Below are positions 18,802 through 26,900 of a stretch of DNA of 64,000 bases, one piece after another (within the stretch, counting starts at the first letter, position 1; every line of letters starts with the position of its first letter). Under the pieces are notes generated by a model, which saw only the letters and a program-made list of their open reading frames with translations, made no database searches and was not told the DNA's origin. This stretch comes from Candidatus Anoxymicrobiaceae bacterium (lineage in GTDB: Bacteria > Actinomycetota > Geothermincolia > Fen-727 > Anoxymicrobiaceae), in contig DAIUEJ010000007.1 in the NCBI GenBank assembly GCA_036845225.1, forward strand, positions 6,578 to 70,577, written 5' to 3'. The translations under genes and the position numbers were made by a program.

Positions 18802-19824
18802 ATGAAAGCTCTCGTCTACAACGCGCCTGAGGACTTCGCGGTCAAGGACCTCCCGGTCCCGGAGGTGAGCCCGGACCATGTCCTGCTACGCGTGAAAGCG
18901 TGCGGGATATGCAAGACGGACGTCCATATCCACCATGGCAGGTTCATCGCCGAGTTCCCTTTGACCCCCGGTCACGAGTTCGCGGGTGAGGTGGCTGAAG
19001 TCGGCTCGGAGGTCACAGCTTTCAAGGCCGGAGACCGGGTTACCGCGGACAACGCCGTCCCCTGCGGGTACTGCTACTACTGCCGCAGGAACAAGCCGCT
19101 TTACTGCGAGAACTTCTACTCACTCGGCTGCAACGGCCCTGGCGGGTTCGCGGAATACGTGACGGTCAGGCACGATAAGGTCTTTCACCTGCCGGAACGG
19201 CTGACTTACGAAGAGGCGGTCTTCGCCGAACCGACAGCGTGCGTGGTCCACTGCATGGACGTTGTGGACGTGCAGGCCGGCGACGAGGCGCTGCTGTTCG
19301 GAGCCGGGCCCGCGGGCCTGCTCCTTGCCCAGATGATCAAGCACTGCGGAGCTTCCAGGCTCACCGTCGCCGCTCCGACAGCGTCGAAACTCGATGTCGC
19401 CGCCGAGCTCGCTGCCGACAACACGGTGCAGATCGGCAGGTCGGACCTGGCCTCGGCTGCCGCCGAAATCTTCGAGCCCGCCCCGAAAGGATACGATATC
19501 GTCTTCGACGCGACCGGCTCGGCCGGCGTGACCGGGCAGTGCGTACAGTTTTCCAGGAAAGGCGGGAAGGTCGTCGTTTTCGGCGTTCCCGACGAAGACG
19601 AGACGACAGAGATCAGCCCCTATGAGATATACAGGAACGAGATCAGGCTGATCGGCTCTTTCGCCCAGACGCACTGCTTCGACCGCGCCCTTGCTTTCCT
19701 GGAAAGCGGCGCCGTGCAGGTTAAGCAACTTGTAACCCACACCTTTCCCCTGGAGGATTACGCTGAGGCGCTTGAGGTCCTGTCCGGCGACAGGAACGCG
19801 CTCAAGATCGTGATAAAGCCCTGA
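18802..19824 (+). CDS. Zinc-dependent alcohol/polyol dehydrogenase
   Basis: CGICKTD, GHEFAG, CGYCYYC...C, and FGAGPAG. Confidence 0.92.
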   Translation: MKALVYNAPEDFAVKDLPVPEVSPDHVLLRVKACGICKTDVHIHHGRFIAEFPLTPGHEFAGEVAEVGSEVTAFKAGDRVTADNAVPCGYCYYCRRNKPLYCENFYSLGCNGPGGFAEYVTVRHDKVFHLPERLTYEEAVFAEPTACVVHCMDVVDVQAGDEALLFGAGPAGLLLAQMIKHCGASRLTVAAPTASKLDVAAELAADNTVQIGRSDLASAAAEIFEPAPKGYDIVFDATGSAGVTGQCVQFSRKGGKVVVFGVPDEDETTEISPYEIYRNEIRLIGSFAQTHCFDRALAFLESGAVQVKQLVTHTFPLEDYAEALEVLSGDRNALKIVIKP

Positions 19825-19877
19825 ACTGCGAGAAAAACGACGGTTCTCTTGCACGACCGGGTTAAGGGAGGAGCAGG

Positions 19878-20039
19878 ATGAAAGACGTAGTGTTCACGCT
19901 CGATCAGGACGCGCTGATATGGCTGCGCCGGATCATCACCGATGATGACAGGGACGAGGCCTTGAGGTTTATCCGCGAGGTGCTGGGTCCGAAAGTCAAC
20001 GAATCGGAACACCCGCCGGGCATCATCAGGGGTATCTGA
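19878..20039 (+). CDS. Small hypothetical protein, 53 aa (absent from the ORF track)
   Basis: GGGAGGAG SD, MKDVVFTLDQDALIWLRRIITDDDRDEALRFIREVLGPKVNESEHPPGIIRGI; fills the gap, 13 bp before the GNAT gene. Confidence 0.7.
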   Translation: MKDVVFTLDQDALIWLRRIITDDDRDEALRFIREVLGPKVNESEHPPGIIRGI

Positions 20040-20052
20040 GGAAAAGAGGCAG

Positions 20053-20697
20053 ATGATGGAACACTTGATTAGGGATGCCCACATGTCCGACGCGACTGAC
20101 ATCGCGAAGCTCAGCTACCTTGCCGGCCAGAGCCACGTCCAGGTCTCGATATTCGACCTGATGGTGTCGGGACCCTACGGGATGACCGACGAGAGAATCG
20201 AGAACATGGCGAAGATCGTCGCGGCCGAGGCGCCGTCCTGGATGTCGTACCGCCATTACCATGTGGTGGAAGCCGGAGGGAAGGTGGCAAGCGGGCTTGA
20301 GACTTTCATGCCTGAGGAGGCGGGCAACCGGCAGTTCGGGGACGCATTGAAAGAGGCAGGCTGGTCTGTCAAAGACATTATGGAGATGGCCGCGAGGATG
20401 CGCGTGTGGTTCAAGGTCGATCCAGGGCGCGAGCCGGGTTACCTGATAGTCGAGAACGTCGCGACATACGAGGAGTACAGGGGCAACGGCTTCACGTCCG
20501 AGCTGCTCGCCCAGGCGATCGCCACGGGGCGCGACGAGGGGCACAAGGGGCTCCAGCTCACGGTGCTGCTCGGCAACGAGCCCGCCATCCGCGCCTACGA
20601 GAAAGCCGGCTTTGCCATGGTGAAGACCATGGAAGGAAAGAAGTTTGAGAAGGTCTTCTCATCTCCGGGCGTGGGACAGATGCTCCTGAAGTTCTAG
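20053..20697 (+). CDS. GNAT-family N-acetyltransferase
   Basis: VENVATYEEYRGNGF...LTVLLGNEPAIRAYEKAGF. Confidence 0.9.
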   Translation: MMEHLIRDAHMSDATDIAKLSYLAGQSHVQVSIFDLMVSGPYGMTDERIENMAKIVAAEAPSWMSYRHYHVVEAGGKVASGLETFMPEEAGNRQFGDALKEAGWSVKDIMEMAARMRVWFKVDPGREPGYLIVENVATYEEYRGNGFTSELLAQAIATGRDEGHKGLQLTVLLGNEPAIRAYEKAGFAMVKTMEGKKFEKVFSSPGVGQMLLKF

Positions 20698-20700
20698 CGA

Positions 20701-20790
20701 AAAACGGGGGTCACGAAAAACGGGGGTCAGGCACTTTTTCGCCGTTTTTTTTCACGAGGTGCGCCACCGGGGTCTGACCCCGGTGGCGCA
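20701..20790. repeat. Cluster of palindromic elements
   Basis: Aborted AAAACGGGGGTCA, then AAAAACGGGGGTCAGGCACTTTTT, then the perfect 31-nt hairpin TGCGCCACCGGGGTC-T-GACCCCGGTGGCGCA (20760-20790). Confidence 0.9.
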
Positions 20791-20889
20791 GCTGAGTAAT
20801 AATAGGGGCAGCCGGTCGGGGACCAGAGCGAGGAAGGACAGAGGATGACCACCCAGGCGGATAAGGCGAAGCAGAAGAAGAAGAGGGCG

Positions 20890-21092
20890 CTCAGCCCCTT
20901 CGCTCCAGCCCCATTACAGGGCCTTCATCACTACTACGGGCTGATCCGCCCCCGTGCCCCACATCGGTACTCAGACCCTTGAGGGGGCTTCCCCCTTGGG
21001 TTTCTCCCTTTGCATCGGGGCAACGGGTTCCCACGTTCCGCACGAGAGCCTGGACCAGGTTCACGCCGCCTCTATGCCGGACGCCGCCCGGG
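20890..21092 (-). mobile_element. Group II intron RNA remnant (class D/RmInt1-like; distal DI to DII/DIII), no RT ORF
   Basis: Minus strand reads CGGGCGGCGTCCGGCATAGAGGCGGCGTGA...GGAACGTGGGAACC...GATGCAAAGGGAGAA...GAGTACCGATG...GGGGCGGA...CTGTAATGGGGCTGGAGCGAAGGGG, colinear with conserved group II intron segments as recalled for RmInt1. Confidence 0.85.
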
Positions 21093-21113
21093 CGAAAACA
21101 ACCTCTACAAGCA

Positions 21114-21136
21114 GGGTCTGACCCCAGAAAGTTTAG
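21114..21136. repeat. Palindromic element carrying the glycosyltransferase stop codon
   Basis: GGGTCTGACCCC-AGAAAGTTTAG; the same arm as the 9849-9872 copy. Confidence 0.85.
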
Positions 21137-22620
21137 TTGCTCCAGGTCAGCTCGACGGCAGTACCCCACTTGCTGTTGCGGGTTATCTTGTAAGGGACCC
21201 AATCCGCGAGCCCCGCGAGGAACGAATCCACCTGCCCCACGTCCGGCCGCGTCTTGATGTATATCCAGTCGGAGTTGTAGGGGATGGCGTATTGATCGAC
21301 CAGCTCTCTCGGCTTAGCCAGGATATTCGAGAACAGCGATATCTGCTTCGTGTTCCCGAGATAGTACGTGAGGATCGCGTCCCTGTTGATCTGCTTCTCG
21401 TCAAGGATCACCATGACCGGATTGCCCCCGGCCCGTGCCTTGAGGTATAGGGCGTCTTTCTTCACGCCCGCTGAATAGTCCCAGTAAGTCTTGTACCTCG
21501 CCCTGTTGTAGCTCAGGTAGCCGAGGGAGAACGCCGAGAAAACGGTGACCACGACAAGGGCTGCCACCAGCGCGGACTTCGTGGACCTCTCGGCCCAGGG
21601 GTTTGTCACCAGGCGCGGGACCATGCTCAGTATGCCGGCGGCTCCGATGCCGCACAGCATCGCGATAGCCGGCAACGCGGGCGGCACCATCCAGTACGGC
21701 TTGCCCACCGAGAGCGAAAGAAAGAGGTAGACGCCGAGGAACCAAACCACCGGCAGCGCGTAGTCCTTTTTCCCGTCCCGGATGCGCTTGTAGACGCAGA
21801 CCGCCAGACCCAGGGCCAGCAATGCCAGCATCAGCCATCCGATGTCTTTCGTGAGTCCCGTGAAGTAGTACCTGACAGGTTGCTTGAAGAGCGCGCCGTC
21901 CCCCGCGCCGCTCCAGAAGAAGCTCCAGAAGTGACCCACGCCCGTCGCGAGCCAGGCGTACCACCAGAAGGACATCACGAACCCGATCCCGGCGATGAAG
22001 GCGGTCTGCTTCAGTTTCTCCCTGTCCCAGCAAGCCAGGGAGAACAGGAATACAGCCATGAGCGCGAATATCGCCGTCTCCTTGGTCAGCATCCCGAGGC
22101 CGAAGACGACTCCGGCCCACTTCCAGCTTCCGCGCACGAACAGGTAGATAGTGAGGACGATGAGAAAGCCGACCATCGGGTCCTGCTTGACCCAGGTGTC
22201 CATGACGACAGCCGCCGGCATGACCGCGAGCACGAACGCGGCGAGCAGCGCGACCCCCTGGCTGAAAAGCCGTTTCGCGATCGCGTATGTCACGACGAGC
22301 GTGCCGAAGGAGAAGAGTATCGAAAAGACCTTATAAGCAATGACCCTGGCCCCGAAAGCCTTGGTGAGGAAAGCCATCAGCCAGAGGTAGAGCGGCGGGT
22401 GGATGTGTGAGAGCGAGGACCACACGTCCCTGGTGCCCGCGCTGAACGACTTGATGGTCAGGGCAAGCTGCGCCTCGTCCCGTCCCAGGAGCTGGTTGAT
22501 GTAACGCAGCCTGAGGACGAGGAAGAGCGCCGCGATGGCGGCAAGCCGCCCATACCAGCCATTTCCGGCTGCTATCAGTGGAGGTCTCGCCGTCGGTTTC
22601 CTCGGCAGTCGCTTTCTCAT
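21133..22620 (-). CDS. GT-C fold glycosyltransferase (GT39/ArnT/PMT-like)
   Basis: RDEAQ...HPPLY near the N-terminus, many TM segments, GMLTKETA; true start is likely ATG 22620 because the longer ORF only translates the repeat. Confidence 0.85.
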   Translation of the reverse strand: MRKRLPRKPTARPPLIAAGNGWYGRLAAIAALFLVLRLRYINQLLGRDEAQLALTIKSFSAGTRDVWSSLSHIHPPLYLWLMAFLTKAFGARVIAYKVFSILFSFGTLVVTYAIAKRLFSQGVALLAAFVLAVMPAAVVMDTWVKQDPMVGFLIVLTIYLFVRGSWKWAGVVFGLGMLTKETAIFALMAVFLFSLACWDREKLKQTAFIAGIGFVMSFWWYAWLATGVGHFWSFFWSGAGDGALFKQPVRYYFTGLTKDIGWLMLALLALGLAVCVYKRIRDGKKDYALPVVWFLGVYLFLSLSVGKPYWMVPPALPAIAMLCGIGAAGILSMVPRLVTNPWAERSTKSALVAALVVVTVFSAFSLGYLSYNRARYKTYWDYSAGVKKDALYLKARAGGNPVMVILDEKQINRDAILTYYLGNTKQISLFSNILAKPRELVDQYAIPYNSDWIYIKTRPDVGQVDSFLAGLADWVPYKITRNSKWGTAVELTWSN

Positions 22621-22655
22621 CCATGAGTTGATTAATTGTATCTCAGGGGTGTTGC

Positions 22656-22760
22656 GAAAATGCACCACTGGGGTCAGGCACCGGTGGTGCATTTCTGGAA
22701 GTCTGCGATCGTGCACGGAGAAAATGCACCACCGGTGCCTGACCCCAGTGGTGCGTTTTC
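22656..22760. repeat. Inverted doublet of palindromic elements (REPIN-like)
   Basis: GAAAATGCACCACT-GGGGTCAGGCACC-GGTGGTGCATTT and its inverted copy at 22720-22760 (38/39 identical), about 25-nt spacer. Confidence 0.92.
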
Positions 22761-23589
22761 AGGCCATCGCGGACGCCGGCTTCAGCGCGCGGGTGAGCCA
22801 GTTGTCGACGTAATCGACGACCTCTTCCCAGCCCGGCTCCACGTAGATCAGATGCGACCGGCCGGGAAACTCGATGAAGTCCGTCACCGCGCTCGAGTGC
22901 CAGTACTTGCGGAAGTTCGAGCGGGTCACGGCGGCAGGCACGATGTGGTCCTCGGAGCCGGTGATGAGGAGCAACGGCTTCCGCGTCTCGTTGCGGTAGT
23001 CGACCGCGGTCGGGGGGTTGCGCATGAAGTCCGCGAGCGCGACCTGGAACTGGGGCCTGCCGGTATCGGGGACGGCGTACTCCTCGTAGACGCGGTGCGC
23101 CTCTTCCTCGCTCAACGTGTTCGCGAACGCGTAGCGGAACTGCTTGTAGGTCAGCCCGACGGCCTTGTGCCGGTTGCCGGGATGCCCGAGCACCGGAAAA
23201 GTGGACTTGAACTCGGACAGGGTGATGCGGCGCACGCCCTTGGGCGGGGCGGGGTCGATTGCCACCGCGGCCGCCCCGAGCCCGCGGTCGAGCAGCACCT
23301 GGACCGTCAGCCCTCCCAGGGAGTGTCCGATGAGTATGGGCTGCTTCTCCATGGGGCGGATCATCTTGTCGTAGTGGTCGATTATCTCGGCCATCCCGAG
23401 GTCGGCCAGAGCTGTCGGCGCCGCCTTGCGCACCGACTCGATGTCCCCCTCGTGCCCGGGCCAGCCCGGAGCCTGCACCACGTAACCCAGACCGCTCAAC
23501 CTGGTCTCGAAGTTGTGCCACGAGAGAGGGGTCATGAAGAGCCCGTGGATGACGACGACGTCATTGTTTTCGTGGCCGGTTGCTTCCAT
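22759..23589 (-). CDS. Alpha/beta hydrolase (non-heme chloroperoxidase/esterase-like)
   Basis: IHGLF, GHSLGG nucleophile, GSEDHIVP, GRSH. Confidence 0.88.
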   Translation of the reverse strand: MEATGHENNDVVVIHGLFMTPLSWHNFETRLSGLGYVVQAPGWPGHEGDIESVRKAAPTALADLGMAEIIDHYDKMIRPMEKQPILIGHSLGGLTVQVLLDRGLGAAAVAIDPAPPKGVRRITLSEFKSTFPVLGHPGNRHKAVGLTYKQFRYAFANTLSEEEAHRVYEEYAVPDTGRPQFQVALADFMRNPPTAVDYRNETRKPLLLITGSEDHIVPAAVTRSNFRKYWHSSAVTDFIEFPGRSHLIYVEPGWEEVVDYVDNWLTRALKPASAMA

Positions 23590-23966
23590 TTCAATCCCCC
23601 CAACAGTCACGACAACTACCGATTGCGGCACATCCATCATTCGGCGCGGGGCCGGGCAATCCTGCGATGGCGCCGCAGGGGGGAAACCTTGACGTCCGTC
23701 ATGGAGCGACGATTTGCGCGCGGGTAGTATGCCGGTATGGAAAGAACGAGAAGGTGTACCAGATCACACGACGTAGACGGCCAGAAAAAGAATCTTCTCG
23801 TGAAGTAGGAGTCCGGATTTACAGGGTGAATAAAGCCCCAGAAGTAGAACCCGCGAACGCTAGAGACGACACCTGAGCAGACTTGTAGGCCAAGGTTTGC
23901 CGCTAGCGCTACGCAGGTCCGGTAAGTCAGGCACGTTTGTGCCAGGTTCAAAGGAGTTGGTTTTCC

Positions 23967-26900
23967 ATGCATCACTCGAGGAAACCCGCGACAAGGACGA
24001 TTGCCCCGATTCTCGCATTCCTTTTAGTTGCCGCCTTCTTCCTGGCAGGCGCGGGCCCGATCGCCGCGAAGCCGACGCCGGCCGCGCCGAAGGCTCAAAC
24101 GCAGCCGGCGGCCAACCCGGCGCAATCACCTGTGAGAACTCAGGACTCGAAACGCACAACGGCCGCGGACAGACAGGCCGCGGCGGACCGTGCGCAGGCT
24201 CAGGGACTGACACCGGGGGTGGCGAAGAGCGGCGGCGCGGTGCCGACGCCTGGAGGCGTACCTGACTACTTCGGCCCTTATCCTAACTACGCAAACAGCC
24301 CCCTGCCCACGGCGATTGCCGCGTTTCCTTATCCGACGTTCTACTTCGCTGAGGGCACGACCCGGCCGAATTTTGAGACTTACTTCACTATCCAGAACCC
24401 GGGCACCAAGACGGCAAACGTCAGGCTGACCTACATGAGAGGGAATGGCCAGAACGCAGTCGTTACTGTGGCTGTTCCAAAGAACACCAGGTCCACCATC
24501 AATCCGGTGAGCACCCTGGGCAGCGCGGACGATGCCGCTCACGACTTCAGCACCAAGGTCGAGTCCCTCAACAAAGTGCAGGTCATAGTCGAGCGCCCGA
24601 TGTATTTCAACTACAAGGGTGTCTGGACAGGCGGGTCCGACGCGGTGGGGGCAACCGCCACGGCGTCTGCGTTCTATTTCGCGGAAGGGACGTGCCGGCC
24701 CAACTTCGATGCTTACTTCACGATTCAGAACCCCGGAAACAATAACGCGATCATCCAGCTGACCTACATGAAGGGTGACGGCACAGTAGTCACGCAGGGC
24801 TTTGGCGTGACAGCCCATACGCGCGGAACGGTACACCCCGCGGACACGCTGGGGGTCGGCGACGACGCGGCCCATGACTTCAGCACATCGATAGTCTGCA
24901 CCAACGGTCAGAAGATAGTCGCCGAGCGGCCACAGTACTTCAACTACAAGGGGGTCTGGACCGGAGGCCACGACGTCGTAGGCGCCACGGCGGGCGCGAA
25001 GCAATACTACTTCGCGGAGGGCACCAGCCGGCCGAACTTCATCCCTTACCTCACGATACAGAACCCGAACGCGGGCTCGGTGCCCGTCAAGATAACCTAC
25101 TTCATGGCTGACGGAACGAGGAAAACGCAGAACATGACGCTCGCTCCTCATTCAAGAAGCACAGCCATTCCCTCGGACATCATAGGCTCGGGCGACGTAG
25201 GGCATGACTTCAGTTCAAAAGTCGAAAGCACGAACGGGAAGAACATCATCGTCGAGCGGCCGATGTACTTCAACTACAACAACGCCTGGACCGGCGGCTC
25301 GGACGTGATGGGCGCGACCGCTTCCGCGCCGGCATACTACTTCGCGGAGGGCACCAGCCGGCCCAACTTCGACCCGTATCTTTGCATACTCAACCCGGGA
25401 GACACGGTCGCCAACCTGACCATCACATACATGAAGGGTAACTCAACGACCTCGACTCAGCTCATTTCAGTGCCTGCTTTTTCGCGAGGTACAATCTCAA
25501 TTCGTGAGAAGACGGGGACCGGGAATGACGCGGCCCACGACTTCAGCATCCGTGCCGAGTGCACGAACGGCCAGCGGGTCATAGTCGAGCGGCCGATGTA
25601 CTTCAACTACAACGGCGTATGGAACGGCGGTCACGATGCGGTCGGGCTTGCCTATCAGGCGGTCGGCGTCCAGACGGGCACCGGCGTCAGGAAGTTCGTC
25701 GATTCGCTCCCCGGACTCGGGGCGGCGAACGCCAACGACCTCGGGCAGTATATCCCGGTGGCCGTTCCCGACAAGACGAGCTTCCCCGGCTCGGACTACT
25801 ACGAGATACAGCTCGGGCAGTACAGGGAAAAACTCCACAAAGACCTTCCGTCGACCTTGCTGCGCGGCTACCGGCAGACCAACAGCTCGAATCCATCCGT
25901 GACGAAGTTCAGCTACCTGGGGCCGACGATCATCGCCCAGAAGGGCCGCCCGGTGAGGGTCAAGTTCACGAACAGCTTGCCGACCGGCGCGGGAGGAAAC
26001 CTGTTCATCCCCGTCGATACGACGGTCATGGGCGCGGGAATGGGCCCTGATGGAGTGAACGGCTACACCGAGAACCGCGCGGTCATCCACCTTCACGGCG
26101 GTAACACCCCGTGGATCAGTGACGGGACCATGCACCAGTGGATCACTCCGGCCGGGGAGACCACGCCGTATCCCCAGGGAGTCAGCGTGCAGAGCGTCCC
26201 CGACATGCCCCAGCCGACGGTTGGAGACGGGACCGAGACGTTCTACTACACAAACCAGCAGAGCGCCAGGTTGATGTTCTACCACGACCATGCGTACGGG
26301 ATAACCCGCCTGAACGTCTATGCGGGCGAAGCGGCGCCCTATCTGCTGCAGGACTCGACCGAGACCTCGCTCATCAACAGCAAGTCCATCCCGGCCGACC
26401 AGATCCCCCTGGTGATCCAGGACAAGACCTTCGTACCCGCCCCGGCGCAGCTCGCGGCCGAGGACCCGACATGGGACACGAGCAAATACGGAGGCAAGGG
26501 CAACCTCTGGTTCCCGCACGTATACATGCCAAACCAGAATCCTGGTAGCATCGATGGCGCCAACGCAATGGGGCGCTGGGATTACGGCCCGTGGTTCTGG
26601 CCGCCGTTCACAGGGATCACCAACGGACCGGTCGCGAACCCCTACTACGATCCTGTCAACGCACCCTGGGAGCCGAAGGTGATTCCGGGGACGCCCAATC
26701 CATCGATAGTACCTGAGGGGTTCATGGATACGCCCCTGGTCAACGGGACCGCTTATCCCTACGTGAAGGTGGGGCCCAAGGCATACCGGTTCCGGATACT
26801 GAACGCCTCTAACGACCGTACACTCAACCTCCAGATGTACTTCGCGAAGTCGAACGGGCAGATGTGGAAGTCGAACGGGACGCTCACCGACGGCGATGCC

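Noticed and set aside
19827-19849. GCGAGAAAAACGACGGTTCTCTTGC as another element variant
   Set aside because: The arm resembles the family but the core differs; it could be a simple terminator hairpin. Too weak to call.
20891-21202. 103-aa ORF as a protein gene
   Set aside because: It is a translation of the group II intron RNA remnant plus a repeat element.
22621-22716. N-terminal extensions of track ORFs (also 31111-31461, 48175-48447, 62339-62473)
   Set aside because: They translate repeats or overlap other genes; downstream starts fit better, several with an SD or overlap.
23866-23945. c-di-GMP or other riboswitch upstream of the multicopper oxidase
   Set aside because: GGCAAACC occurs only on the minus strand, and the GNRA loop and second stem could not be found; an Rfam scan would be needed.
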